The notes under the pieces are model-generated. The model did not search any database. It was not told the DNA's origin and saw only the letters and a list, made by a program, of their open reading frames with translations. Below, piece by piece: positions 24,446-37,329 of a DNA stretch of 64,000 nucleotides. The translations under genes and the position numbers were made by a program. Within the stretch, counting starts at the first letter, position 1. Every line of letters begins with the position of its first letter. The stretch is from positions 58,776,001 to 58,840,000 of the forward strand of contig OX597815.1 in the NCBI GenBank assembly GCA_951406725.2, written 5' to 3'. Origin of the DNA: Octopus vulgaris (Eukaryota).

Positions 24446-24795
24446 AGGAGTAGGAGTGGCTGTGTGGTAAGTAGTTTGCTTACCAACCACATGGTTCAGG
24501 GTTCAATCCCACTGCGTGGCACCTTGAGCAAGTGTTTTCTACTATAGCATCAGGCTGACCAAAGCCTTGTGAGTGGATTTGGTAGACGGAAACTGAATGT
24601 ATGTGTGTTTCTGTGTTTGTCCTTGCAACATTGCTTGACAACTGATGCTGGTGTGTTTACATCTCCGTAACTTAGCTGTTTGGCAAAAGGGATCGATAGA
24701 ATAAGTCCTGGGGTTGATTTGCTCGACTAAAGGCAGTGCTCCAGGATGGCCACAGTCAAATGACTGAAACAAGTAAAAGAATAAAAGAAAAAAGA
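24446..24795 (+). mobile_element. tRNA-derived CORE-like SINE
   Basis: GGAGTGGCTGTGTGG head, GGTTCAATCC B box and the shared 3' tail. Confidence 0.85.
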
Positions 24796-24828
<33 letters not shown>

Positions 24829-25015
24829 TGGGTACAGGACATCACCAACAGTAAACAACATGAAAAGCGAAAACAAATGAGTTCAATATGCAAACAATGA
24901 GAGAAACAAATGGAAAACAGGACAAGTAACACAAAGAACTACCCTTCATCAGTTGTCAGCTGTCTATCTACTCCTCATTTCGAGCATTGAATGACAATAT
25001 GAGTCTTTGAAGACA

Positions 25016-25047
<32 letters not shown>

Positions 25048-25052
<5 letters not shown>

Positions 25053-25186
25053 AATAATGAGGGAGATAAATTGAATATTAATTTAATTAATATCAATTTA
25101 AAACCAAGATTTTTGTATGCTAGGCTACTGGTTTTAAATTGATATTAATTAAATTAATATTTAATTTATCTCCCTCGTTATTTAAA
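25048..25186. repeat. AT-rich hairpin/palindrome with ~60-bp arms (MITE-like)
   Basis: TTTAAATAATGAGGGAGATAAATT...AAACCA pairs with TGGTTTT...AATTTATCTCCCTCGTTATTTAAA. Confidence 0.8.
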
Positions 25187-26225
25187 TGTTCATATATATA
25201 TCAAAGAAAAATATGGGATTTTTAAAATCCTGGCAGATACCAATTAAGCACTCAGTATAAAAGAATATGGTTAAATTTCCAACAGTCAGGCACCAGTAAA
25301 TGTAAGTAGTGTACAAATCCCAGGTATATCCTTACGCATGACAGATAAATCCAACAATTCTTTTCTAAAATTTTAAAATATGGTCACTATGATTTTCTTT
25401 GTACATATTATATGTTGCTTTATACACACACATGTATATATAAATATACGCACACATATATATACACACACACACACACACATATATATAGACATATATG
25501 CGCACATACATATATACATATATATACTTGAAATCTGTAACCCCACACTTCATCACACTATCATTCCTCACTTCATCATTTCATGTCTACTGTATTATTC
25601 TACTTCTGTAAGTCATGAAAGCACACCCTGCTATTAAATACAATACCACAATGCTATTAGTACTATTAGTCATCACACCTTCTCCTTTGTACTGTTCCAA
25701 TTGGCATCCATTTTCATTCTTATCATTCCCACTCATATTTACCACTCCACTCCACTCCATTCTTGTTCACCATTCATTGTATTCTCTGACCTCTTCTACC
25801 CAATATTTATATTCATTCCACTTTCCTCCTACACTCTCACAACCTTACCTATCTTCCTTGATTCTTCTGTATCTCTGCTCTCTTCTGTATATTTCTTGGA
25901 CATCTTACTATGAAGGTATGTTCTTGCACCTCATCATCACTGTATTTACCTCAGCTTGAGCCCCGCCACAGTCTCCTCATGCTCCCATGTGAAATGTGAG
26001 GTAGCTATAAATTTCCTCCATAAACAGTAAACCTGTTCCTACCCCATTTCCATCATACATTAATTTCTCAACACCATAGAGTGACCACGTTATTGCCTAT
26101 CTTCCCTCTCAGTTTGGGATGTCTCCAATTTTGCAAGTGAACTCACTAATGTTTGTTGTATTTTGGATTGTCAGCATGGATGGGTTTATTGTCTATACGG
26201 ACAGTAATGCTTAGATACCATGCTG

Positions 26226-26450
26226 TTATGCATAGAACAGCAGGCCTAAGGTGGTATATTTGAACTGTTGGCTTGCCAGAGGCTTGAGGTTCATTAATAG
26301 GACATACCTCTGGTGACTACTATAAAATTGTTCATTCTTCCTGTTGATGAATAATGCAGGTTGGTGAAGGATATGTATTCTCTTGTGGAGGCAAAGTTGG
26401 AAATTGCAAGATCCAGGTGAGTACAGAAGGGGCCCCACATACATACATAT
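26226..26450 (-). mobile_element. Penelope-like element remnant (GIY-YIG C-terminus)
   Basis: SCNFQLCLHKRIHIL..INRKNEQFYSSHQRYVLL resembles the PLE C.LCL.EK..I...LN.R.E...CRH motif. Confidence 0.6.
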
Positions 26451-26899
26451 TAATAATAAGGTTAAAATCTTTCAATGAAGTTTTAAAATAAGGTGAAAAA
26501 GTATAAAAATAAAATGAAAATCAAGTAATTTTTAAAATTTAAAAAAATGCTCTACTCTTCAGGCATCAAGAAAGAGAGAGAGTGAGAAGAGTAACATGTC
26601 ATATTTCTTTGGAAGATGTCACACATGTGATTAGCATGAACATCAAAGAGAAAAAAGACAATTGCTTCAAAAACTCCAGCTTCTATATCCAGATTACAAA
26701 TTTACATTTATAACAGCAATAAAGGGAAACTTTGTCTTGTAAGTAAATGCCTAACTGTCAGCCTGGATAAGCTTGGATTATCAGAAAAAGAAATCAGCCA
26801 ACTGACTCACACATTAAAAATACAATCTGTAAGTGGAATAGTAAAACTATGCAAGACTTTTCTCAGGTTTAAAACGTGACATTGTTTTAGTTACCTATA

Positions 26900-27930
26900 T
26901 TTCAATGATGGAGCTTTGTATCTATGTTAGAAACCATTTCCTTCAGAGGAATAATTCAAATGATGAAAAACCGAAGAGAAACATGAATGCATTGCACAGG
27001 TCGATTGTTTTATCACTGATAAAATACAGTATTGCAGAGATATATTTTAAGAGGACAGCCTCCCTGTGATTCTGTTCATACTTTCAGCAAACCCCTTGTC
27101 ATTCATGTTGAGGAAGTCTGAGGGGTATTTCACTGGTTCACAAGGAAATAGATATACTAAAAGTTCACACCACTTCTTTGTGGATAACTTGAAACTGTAT
27201 GCTATGCATACCATATGCATGAGATAAAAAAGAGCTTTGAACTGGTTACAGCATTTTCAAAGGATATAGAGTTGGAGTTTGGTCAGGATACATGTTGCTG
27301 TATGGTTGTGAAAAGTGGGCAAACTGTAAACCAGACTAGCATCACCTCCATCAAATGATTTAACTGTTTCTCCTATATCTGATGAGGAATGTTACAGATA
27401 CCTATGAGTAGATGAAAACATATTTTACAATGGTACCTGTAACAAGACAAGTCACTAAAAAATATTTTGGCTGGATAAGGAAATTATGGATCTTGGAACT
27501 CTTTGCATTCAATAAAACAATATGTTTGCAGTACCAGTACTCATACCAAGATCTGGGCTACATGATTGGATGTCTGATGAAATCTGAGTCATTGATGTGG
27601 AAGATACTGACCAACACAAATAATTTTCACATCAACAGAGATGTAGACCACCTCTACTTGAAATGAAAACAAAGAGGCAGAGGCTTAACATTGACCCAGA
27701 TTGCCTTTGAATATCATATCATATCCCTTTGGCAACATCTTTTAACCACAAAATGTTGAAGTTCATCCCTTGACCAAGTTTGCATACACAAGGCAAATAA
27801 CATCATGCGACTCAGAAAGTAGCTCCTCAAGCAACATTTCTTGCCTGATAACCTTGAAAACATGCCCAAAGAAGTCACCATGTCATCAGGTGAAAAGATG
27901 AGCATATTTCAGTAGAAGACCATGCATGAA
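26900..27930 (+). mobile_element. Degenerate non-LTR retrotransposon RT remnant (R4/Dong-like)
   Basis: Fragments FFVDNLKLYA (a YMDDLKLYA-type motif), AFSKDI and LEFGQD; many stops. Confidence 0.45.
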
Positions 27931-28203
27931 TATGTTAGCAGAAAGCTCCAGTAATAATTTCTCTCTTAGAGTTGAGTACCATTTAAGTACAATGCCAACC
28001 AAATAGCACAAGCAATTTCATTTCTGTACTGTTCATTTCTACTCTTACTCACAACCTCTTTTTTTTTTTTCAGAAAAATTATGTAAGTTGTTTGAGTTTT
28101 TTCTTTATTATGATTTGCATATGTACATGTGCAATTTTTTTTGTTTTTTATTTTATTTTTTTTTTCTAAGTAATTCTGATGAAATATGAATATTTACTGA
28201 TAG

Positions 28204-28259
28204 GAATGGATGAGGCGCATAAAAGCTGAAATGCTTAAAGCCAATAATAGACCCATTCG
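28204..28259 (+). CDS. Host gene candidate exon A (EWMRRIKAEMLKANNRPI-R)
   Basis: tag|GAATGG..CG|gtaagt; the phase-2 end matches exon B. Confidence 0.6.
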
Positions 28260-28436
28260 GTAAGTATTAAAATTTATTTTTTGTTTGTGTTTCATTTTCT
28301 CATTTTCACTTTTTAATTCATTTATTCATAATTTAATTTGTGGAATATTGGTTGAAGTTGATTGGAGAACAGAGCTTTAGACTTTGTTGTATTTCAGTGG
28401 CATGTGGTGACTTTTGAGGTTAGTCATGCAGTAAAT

Positions 28437-28630
28437 ATGAGGGTCAGCTGAAAAGTTTATAGGCTGACCAATACACTCTCATGGAATGTGACCAAATGAG
28501 ATTTATTTTTCAACACAGTCCCCACTAGCAGACCACACATTTCTTCCATCGGTGTTACAGAACCTGGATCCCATTGGTGAAGAAGCTTTCACTCTGTGGA
28601 TAAAAAAAAATCACCAACAACAGATATGAC
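28437..28630 (-). mobile_element. Mariner remnant (terminal repeat plus transposase C-terminus)
   Basis: TA-TGAGGGTCAGCTGAAAAGTT terminus; minus-strand FFTNGIQVL*HRWKKCV...VEK*. Confidence 0.65.
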
Positions 28631-28659
28631 ATGATCATCACTGCTTCAGGATTTTCAAT

Positions 28660-29290
28660 GATGCCTTCAAAAAGGCTGATTATGAAATTATAATTTTCTT
28701 TTGTTGTAAGTGCAAGATGTGAGAAATAATTCTATCTTGTTCCTGTAGCTTTGGGAAATCTTTTTTAACTATGTTATCTAACGCATTAGCCCTTTTAGGT
28801 GATTTCGTAAAAAATGTAACAGTACATTTATTGTAGAAAAAATATCTTGCATTCTTTTATAGCAGAGGATGCTTGTGAGAGAACTAAATTTAGGACATGA
28901 GCACAACAGTTAACAAAGATCGCACATTTATATCTCTCTCTTACCTTGGACTGCAACCCATTTAATTGTCCTGCCATTGTAGTGGCACCATCATAAGTTT
29001 GTTTCTACACTTCTACGTTTCAATGTATTTTAAAATATATTCAGATAAAGCATTTACTGAATGATCTGCACTAACATCATTAAAACTGATAAATCATTCT
29101 TTAATAACACAATCTTCGATACATTGGATGTTTCATCTACAAGAATAGCTACGAATTTAGCCTGCTTCAGTTCATTTTGTATTTCATCCAACATAACTTT
29201 CTGAAATGCATTGACCAAGTCATTTTGAATTCTGTTTGAGAAACTTGAGAAGAAAATGCCTGTATCAAGATGGCTTGCCAGGACACATAA
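28660..29290 (-). mobile_element. hAT-superfamily transposase remnant (ZMYM1/DUF4371-like)
   Basis: SNRIQNDLV..FVAILVDETSNVSK, followed by QTYDGATTMAGQLNGLQ..CCAHVLNLVL. Confidence 0.75.
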
Positions 29291-29309
29291 GAGGTGCACT
29301 AATATCAAA

Positions 29310-30432
29310 GGAAGGCTAACTGGGAAGTTAGTTTTTGTGTGTGGCAAATGCTCAGGTGCTATAAACACTGAAAATGTGCAGAAAACAGATTCCGTCACAT
29401 TCCAGGGGGAAAAAACTATATGTAGTTGATAGCTTCCGTTACCTAGGTGACCAAGTCAGTGACAGGGGTGGTTGCTCTGAGAGCGTAGCTGCTAGAATAA
29501 GAATAGCCTGGGCAAAGTTCTGAGAGCTCCTACCTCTGCTGGTGACAAAGGGCCTCTCACTCAGAGTAAAAGGTAGACTGTATAAAGCAGGTGTGCAAAC
29601 AGCCATGCTGCATGGCAGTGAAACATTGGCCATGACTGCTGAGGACATGTGTATGCTTGCAAGGAACAAAGCTAGTATGCTCTGCTGGATGTGTAATGTC
29701 AATGTGCATACATGACAGAGTGTAAGTTCCCTGAGAGAAAAGTTGGACATAAGTAGCATCTGATGTGGTGCACAAGAGAGACAACTGCACTGGTATGGTC
29801 ATGTGTTGCGAATGAATGAGGACAGCTGTGTGAAAAAGTGTCTCACCCTAGCAGTTGAGGGAACCTGTGGAAGAGGTAGACCCAGGAAGACACGGGATCA
29901 GGTGGTGAAGCATGACCTTCAGATGTTGGGCCTCACCGAGGTGATGACAAGTAACTGAGACCTTTTGAGACATGCTATGCTTGAGAAGACCCAGCAAGCC
30001 AAGTGAGACTGTAACCATGGCCTATGCCAGTGCAGCATAACCAGCCCATTTAAGAGTACCCCTCGTTCATTGAACAATAAACTTTGCTTGCAAAGACCTG
30101 TTGAGGCAAGTGAAGTCATTGTCGTGGCCAATGACAGTACCGCCTGATTGGCACCCATGGCAGTGGTACATAAAACACACCATTCAAGTGTGCTTGTTGC
30201 CAGCACTGCCTGACTGGCTCCCATGCCAGTGGCACATAAAAAGCACCCACTACACTCTCAGAGTGGTTGGTTTTAGGAAGGGTGTCCAGCTGTAGAAACA
30301 TTGCCAAATTGGATTGGAGCCTGGTGCAGCTTTCTGGCTTGCCAGCCCCCAGTCAAACAGTCCAATTCATGTAAGCATGGAACGTGGATGTTAAACAACA
30401 ACAATGATGATGATGATGATGATGATGATGAT
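29310..30432 (+). mobile_element. RTE-clade LINE 3' fragment with 3' UTR and (GAT)n tail
   Basis: VDSFRYLGDQV..ARIRIAWAKF*ELLPLL..KGRLY..AMLHGSET..; ends in (GAT)n. Confidence 0.85.
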
Positions 30433-32092
30433 CTGAAAGTGTTCTTTATAATTTCTATGATCATTGGATATTTTAGATTCAAACTGACCCAAAAATGTCA
30501 ATTCCTGGTGACTGAGTGGGGTAGGTTAGCTAATCGTTATGAAATATAAAAATGCAATTTTATTTGGACCTCACTCTCATATTAAAACAGCAAAAGGAAA
30601 TAAATGATATTCTCAATATAATGATTCCATGCTAATTTGGGGCTCTAGAAGACTTATGTAGTTCAATTCAGTGCATTTTTTCTATGAAAAAATGCACTGA
30701 ATGCACTTACCAATCTGTTTATCCATTTCTTGAAATGCTGGCTCAAACTCAATATTTGAGGCCTTAGATTTTCATTCCATTTCAGCTCTTACCTCATGGG
30801 AATATGCCATTTTGACAAGTAGCATTAGTAGTATTCCCTTTTTATTGATTTTGTGCTTTGACAATGACTACATTGAATTTGCAAGAATTCTTGATAAAAA
30901 TTTTGAAGAAAATATGTTCTCTTCTAAGTGAAAAGTAACAATAAAATGTTCACTTTTATATTCCATAATGATTATTTGACTTGCTCCCATTGATTTTTAT
31001 TACAAAATAAAGTTTTAAAATGTCCTCTTCATGACCATATCATTTTCAAACAGATCAGGTTATAGTGTTCCAGTGCATTGAAGCACTACTGTTCAGCAGC
31101 CAGAACGAAAACTGGACAAACATTGTGAATAGGTGAAAATATAATGGTGAATGAGGGGACCTGGCATGGAGTGAAAGTGTTCAATTTTGATCAAAAGTAT
31201 ATGAGAAGAAAATTCACATCCAAAACTTTCAAATGATATGTAATTTTCCACAGAAAAAATGTATTTTGACATGAAAATGATCAAGCAAAAAGTGTGATTT
31301 TGTATGGTCAAATTGTGTTTGTTGCTCCTTCTACAGAGCTCTACAGTGATACATAATTAAACATTTTTGCAATATTTGATTTTCCTCCTTTTTAACATTC
31401 TTTATTCAGATCTTCTCAGCTAAACCTTGAAGGCCAATAAATTTATTCATGCATGCATCAGATGTAAATTCAATTGAAATATGCCAGTTTTCTCTTACAG
31501 ACAGAATAGGAAGTGTGCCAATTTTGTATTTCTTTTACAATAGAATGAAATTAACTTCTTGATTCCATTTGTATTTGTATTGTAGATGTTAGATACTATT
31601 TTAGCTTTCATCGAATCAGTTACAATATACTATTAGTAATTATTGTTTTGGCCCTGGAAGGTAAAATTGAAATGCTGGATCTAAGTATGGAAACAGATCA
31701 CAAAGTAACTACTTTACTCTGATGTTTTACTATCTCTTGAAGAATACAATTTTATCCATTTGTTACCTGCTTGAGCGAGCAGATGAACAGTTTTTTCTTT
31801 GATTAATAATCTATTTTTAATTTTAATTACTATTTGATAAGCTATTTTTCTTTTCATTGTTATGTATTACCTAGAACTCGTCAGGGTCTTCCCTAAGCCC
31901 ATTCACAATTCTGTTTCAGATTTATACCATAATAAAGAAATTTTAAAATCCTCAATCATCACCAACAGTAATACCCTTTATTTTATTTTAATTTTCAGCT
32001 GTTTAACTACTTGTGCATCTCTAGTGAGCAGCAGTATTCATTACTTCATTCATTTTATGTACTCTTTAAGTATTGTTTAATTATATACGGAT

Positions 32093-32453
32093 AGGCGCAG
32101 GAGTGGCTGTGTGGTAAGTAGCTTGCTAACCAACCACACAGTTGCGGGTTCAGTCCCACTGCGTGGCATCTTGGGCAAGTGTCTTCTGCTATAGCCCCGG
32201 GCCGACCAATGCCTTGTGAGTGGATTTGGTAGATGGAAACTGAAAGAAGCCTGTCGTATATATGTATATATGTATGCGTGTGTTTGTGTGTCTGTGTTTG
32301 TCCCCCTAGCATTGCTTGACAACCGATGCTGGTGTATTTAGGTCCCCGTCACTTAGCGGTTCGGCAAAAAGAGACCGATAGAATAAGTACTAAAAGGTGG
32401 TGCTCCAGCATGGCCGCAGTCAAATGACTGAAACAAGTAAAAGAGTAAAAGAG
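32093..32453 (+). mobile_element. tRNA-derived CORE-like SINE
   Basis: GGCGCAGGAGTGGCTGTGTGG head, GGTTCAGTCC B box and the shared 3' tail. Confidence 0.9.
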
Positions 32454-32648
32454 TATATATTTCTTACTTTCAGTTATCTACTATAAAGTGTAACTGAAAT
32501 TATACTTTTTGATAGATAGTCATAAGTTAGTTCCAAAGTTACTTTTTACTAAGAGATAATAAATACAAATAGTGGGGTTTTTTTCACCCAACTTACAATG
32601 TATAATTGTGAATCATAAAGACATCTTAATTTGTTTTGTTTTATTTAG

Positions 32649-32788
32649 ATCTTTACCTGAAGGTTCTTCTGCTGAAAGAGTAGATTTTCCTCTTGCCAAT
32701 ATTAACAGTATTGAAGAAGCTATCTATGATGACATTAGTATTGAAGAAGTTATTCAAACTATTCCTGATCAATTCAAGATTTCTTGCG
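32649..32788 (+). CDS. Host gene candidate exon B (SLPEGSS..IEEAIYDDISIEE..KISC)
   Basis: Pyrimidine-rich acceptor tttag|A and donor G|gtatga. Open frame, phase 2 to 1, with a YDDI motif. Confidence 0.7.
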
Positions 32789-33499
32789 GTATGAATTCAT
32801 CTTTTTCAACATTTAAGTGTAGGAGGCTCATGTATTTCGTAATTTTACATTTTTTGCGTGGATTATTAGTAGAGTAGTAATGATTGTGCACTGTGCAAAT
32901 ACTTTTCCAACTTTATTGAATGAGCTTATTCCTTAATAGCTATTGCAGTTTCTTCAGTTGCTTTTTTACTAAATTATTTTAGCATTGTTCAGGCCTTAGA
33001 TATCCTTCATTTCAATTTAAGTGAAGGTTTTTTTGTTCAGAATGGGATTGCTAGCAAGTGTTCTTTGGGAATTCCAGCACTATGACAGATGATTCTCGTC
33101 TGCTGCAATCTATGTGTGAGCTTTTATGCACCAAGCAGCTACATGAGAGGATCACTCAAGGCTAACAATGCAGTGTTTGGTGTTCTAACAAGGTATTCAT
33201 ATTAATATGAATACAAAGATTAGCTTTTAGTATCAATCCCGCTTCTGTCACTAATAATTATTTTTTAATAAGCCTACTGACTATTTGTGACTTCAGTGTC
33301 TGAAGATTTGACTGGCACGTGGTGACTGGTACTTCCCACTGATGAGGTCCAGTAGACCGAAATCATGCAATATGGGAATTCTGCCTTCCGATGATCAATA
33401 ATATTAATCATTGGCATGAGAGAAACTATGGCAAAGTGATTTAGACATTAAAATACTGTTACTACAATACATATTCACGAATCTTCTAGCAATATATAT

Positions 33500-33995
33500 A
33501 TATATTGAGTCAAGTACATCAACATTAGCAGTATCAAAATCTAATCAAATGGAAATTATAGTTGTGAGCCCCGTGCCAATAGCACATAAAAAGCACCATC
33601 CGAACATGGCCGATACCAGTGCTGCCTTGACTGGCTTCCATGCCGGTGGCAAGTGAAAAGCACCATCTGAACGTGGCCGATGCCAAGTCAAGTACATCAA
33701 CATCAGTAATATGAAAATCAAATCAAATGGAAATTGTAGTTGTGAGCCCCATGCCAGTAGCATGTAAAAAGCACCATCCGATTGTGGTCAATGCCAGCTC
33801 CTCTGGCCCCCTGTACCAGTGGCAAGTAAAAGCACCCACTACACTCGCGGAGTGGTTGGTGTTAGGAAGGGCATCCAGCTGTAGAAACACTGCCAGATCA
33901 GATTGGGACCTGGTGCAGCCTCCTGGCTTCCCAGACCCCAGTTGAACCATCCAACCCATGCTAGCATGGAAAACGATGATGATGATCATCATGAT
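33500..33995 (+). mobile_element. RTE 3'-UTR-type repeat with internal tandem units and (GAT)n tail
   Basis: Homologous to 30100-30430 (AAAAGCACCCACTACACTC..GGAAGGG..CCAGCTGTAGAAAC). Confidence 0.75.
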
Positions 33996-33999
33996 AATC

Positions 34000-36948
34000 A
34001 AAATAAGCAACAGAATATCAAGAGGTGATGCAGTATGACCATTTCAAGCTGCTCCATTTAATTGAACAATGCAATCATTACATCAATTTAAATGCAGGGC
34101 TCTCCTCAGTTGCATAAATAAATAAATAGAATTTTTTAATCAGTTGGACAAAATATAATTTTACTCAAATGCTCTAATAGAGCATGTATAGGGAAAGAGT
34201 CCATGTTGCCACTAATGTAGCTAAGAATACACCATACTTCTAAGAACTGTATGAAGTATGTTGGGGTCATAGCTTGTAAAGGATTGTAGTTCATTTTTAA
34301 TTTATTAGTCTTATTACCAACTATCAATTCTAAGACTAGAGGACTGTCTGTTTAGAAAGGAGGGCAGGAGTGAGTTGACAGCACATAGCTGGGTATAGTC
34401 ATAAATATTGTCAGGATTTTAGGATTAGTATAAAGTAACTGTCTATAAAGGAGGCTGGGTATGGGAAAACCTCAAATCAAGATGTTAATTACCAGCTAAA
34501 GGGGCAAGATGCTAATAAAACCTTTGATGTTAATACAGAGGAATTATCATGGGGTACTATGGGTGATTGTATATAAACAATATTGTTATGTTGTATAAAG
34601 ATAAAATTTAAGATTATTAAGAATGATATAACCAGAATAGATAAAATGTGTATATATACCAATTTTCAACATTAGAAAGGGAAGATTACATATGATTAGT
34701 TTAATATTCATTCATGTACTTAATTATTTACTTATTAGGTGGTTTGGAAAAAAAACAAATTGTGCACAGATACATACACATATTTAACTATGTGCTCACA
34801 TGGAAATATACACAAATATTTCTACTTTGTTATGGATATGTTATAATCAACTCTCATAGACTTAAGTAACTAGAAGGTTTGTAACTCTACTTAAGAATAT
34901 TAACAACTTATAGGGGATAAGAGGTTAATAGGTAAAGGTATCAAAATAAGGAAACAAAATAAAAAATTATAGAGAATAGTAGGAAAATATGTATAACTTA
35001 CATTTCAAAGAGACAGTGTATTAAAATTTGAGGTAGGGGAGAGATAGAGATAATCCCACAGAAGATGCAATAGGTATGGTAGTAGTAAGGGCAGTAGGGA
35101 GTTATTCAAACTGAAGGGCTATTTTATAAGTTATAAAGTTATCTTTGTTATTACATACATGATTTTATAGTTTCACAGGGGTATATAATTAGGATGCTTA
35201 CTTACATAAAAGCCATTACAAAATACATAATATGATTAGTAGGCTAGAACATCATGGAAAGGAATAAATAGTTTAATCACCAAAAACATGATGAAGTCAG
35301 ACTAACTAGGCAGGATTATTCATAGGATAGTAACTACATGTAGCGTACCATATACTATACCATATAGCTTATAAGATATGCAATGCACTTTAATTCATCA
35401 TATGACTCAATATCCCATGATTTTATTATATATAATACTAGGAGCAAGTTCACGTCAGATATGACACTAGAAATTAATTTCTTCTATCTAGGTTCAAGTA
35501 TAGCACCTTTAAACACTAATTTTGAAAATATTTAAATGTATGGGTGACTCTATGTACGCATGATACCCTTAGGTCTAATCTATTATTAATCAGGTTGCTT
35601 TTGTTCCTATACTTAAAAATCTCATGTTTCCATAGAGAACAGCTCGCACCTGTATCAACTATCTCTATAAGGTTGCACTTTCCTTCAGTTCCCAAATCTT
35701 GCTAGATAAGGACATACAATTGGCTTTATTTTTGAGCCTAAAAGATGAAAAATGGTTATTAATAATTAATGGTTATTAAAAGTATCCAGCAAATCCATCA
35801 ATTTAAATTTTAAAAAGTAGGCAACAACAGAAAATTAGATGCTATAACAAGTAGGAATTTTAGTTTAGATAGTAAGGGTAGTGAAGGGAATGGGCGGGTT
35901 GCTCCACCCTATAAGGATAAGAAAAATACTGGTAATAGAGACATACCTGATAATCAAGTCACGATTTTGAGAGTTGTTGAGAGAGCAGATAGATTCCATA
36001 TGCTGTAAGTCTGAAAATAAAGACTTCATCTGGTACAACGTTCCCTTCAACTGTACCATATCCAGAAACATATATGGGAAATTTATGACAATTTTAGAAA
36101 AAAACTTCCCTGCTTCCCATAGATATAACAGTATATACCAATTAATCAATTTTCACAGATATCATCTGATGAGTTAGTATTTATGTATACAATATGTATA
36201 AATATTAAACTATTTCTGGATATTTTCTTTTCCTCCCTCTGTTGTGGTAAAAGCTTAGTATATACTCAAAAGTATTCATAAATTTCTATCCTTTTGTTAT
36301 GATATTCTTCTTAATAATCATTTGAATAACCCTAAACTTTAACTGTATACAATATTGCAACATAGTTTAAAATATTTAACTATAATACCACATGATAAGA
36401 CTTCTCCTGTTTCATTATCAATATTCTGCTAGTGGGTGACCCTCTTAATTATCTGCTAACATCTTGTTTTAAGTTTTCCCTTACTAAACCTCATGATATT
36501 GCTTATAATAAATCTTGATTTTTTTATGACTATACCAACTAGAATATCTGTCTACTCCCTCATCCCTACCCCTAACTGATACTGCCCTCTGTTCTCTCAG
36601 TCTTAGATATACAAGGGATTTGATAAACTAGTCTATAAATTAAAACTGACCCCATAAAGACAAAAAATCAGTGACAGGCAGAGTCTTCTTGATAAATTTA
36701 GTAACTTCTATGCTGAAGTAGAGACAACATGTTCTTTGTCTATCTCCTTAACTTCTTGGAGATTTTAGGTATAATTATACTAATGTGTCCATCTGTTCTA
36801 ATCTAATTAAATTCTATGTCTTTGTGGAGCTGAAGATTGCTCTACATTCTAAATTGATGCAATGATTGCATTGTTCAATTAAATGGAGTTGCATGAAACG
36901 ATCGTACTGCATTACCTCTGGATATCCTTGTTGCTTATTTTGATTATA
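34000..36948. mobile_element. Degenerate Penelope-like unit with ~120-bp inverted termini, each carrying a hammerhead-like motif
   Basis: 34000-34120 is the reverse complement of ~36820-36948. PLE protein remnants lie on both strands (+ KDFIWYNVPFN..KNFP at 36020-36115; - YLAKIWELKE-like near 35680-35710). Confidence 0.65.
36826..36910 (+). ncRNA. Type I hammerhead ribozyme motif, slightly degenerate
   Basis: GGAG-CUGAAGA-UUGC..GCAU-GAAA-CGAUCG-UA^CUGC, with one mismatch each in stems I and II and a palindromic stem III. Confidence 0.6.
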
Positions 36949-37329
36949 TATATATATATATGTATATACACCTTTAAGTATCATGGGCTTGTAAAACAAA
37001 CTTAGCTCTTCAGGCTTAGGCAACTAAATGGAGAAAGCTCAAGATGGCTACTGGAGACTAGGTTGCTATTGGTCAAGGCAGATCACATGTTGTTGATATT
37101 AGTAGCCATATAATTATAATAGTGATATCAAATAGAGATAGAAATTCCTATTTCTAGGACTATGTGGTTGGATGGATGTTGGTGGCTCCTCATTGTCTAA
37201 AGATGAAGAGAAAGTTACAAATGACATCAGTTGCTAATGTGTAGGGGACATACTTATTGCATAAACACATGAATGTGCATATCTGGTGCATGTTTGCTGT
37301 GTGTGTGTTTTCATGAGCTGGCAGCATTG

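Noticed and set aside
28074-28082. Possible 9-nt micro-exon cag|AAAAATTAT|gtaagt
   Set aside because: The splice signals are good and the phase fits exon A, but there is no upstream exon to anchor it, so it could be chance.
32093-32165. tRNA gene-like A and B boxes
   Set aside because: This is the head of a SINE; it continues into the CORE-like body and LINE-derived tail, and I could not form a cloverleaf.
33041-33192. Exon-like segment with acceptor and donor
   Set aside because: Stops occur in all three frames.
33500-33830. Repeated units resembling a repeat-spacer (CRISPR-like) array
   Set aside because: Irregular, degenerate internal repeats of an RTE 3'-UTR family in a eukaryotic context, with no cas genes.
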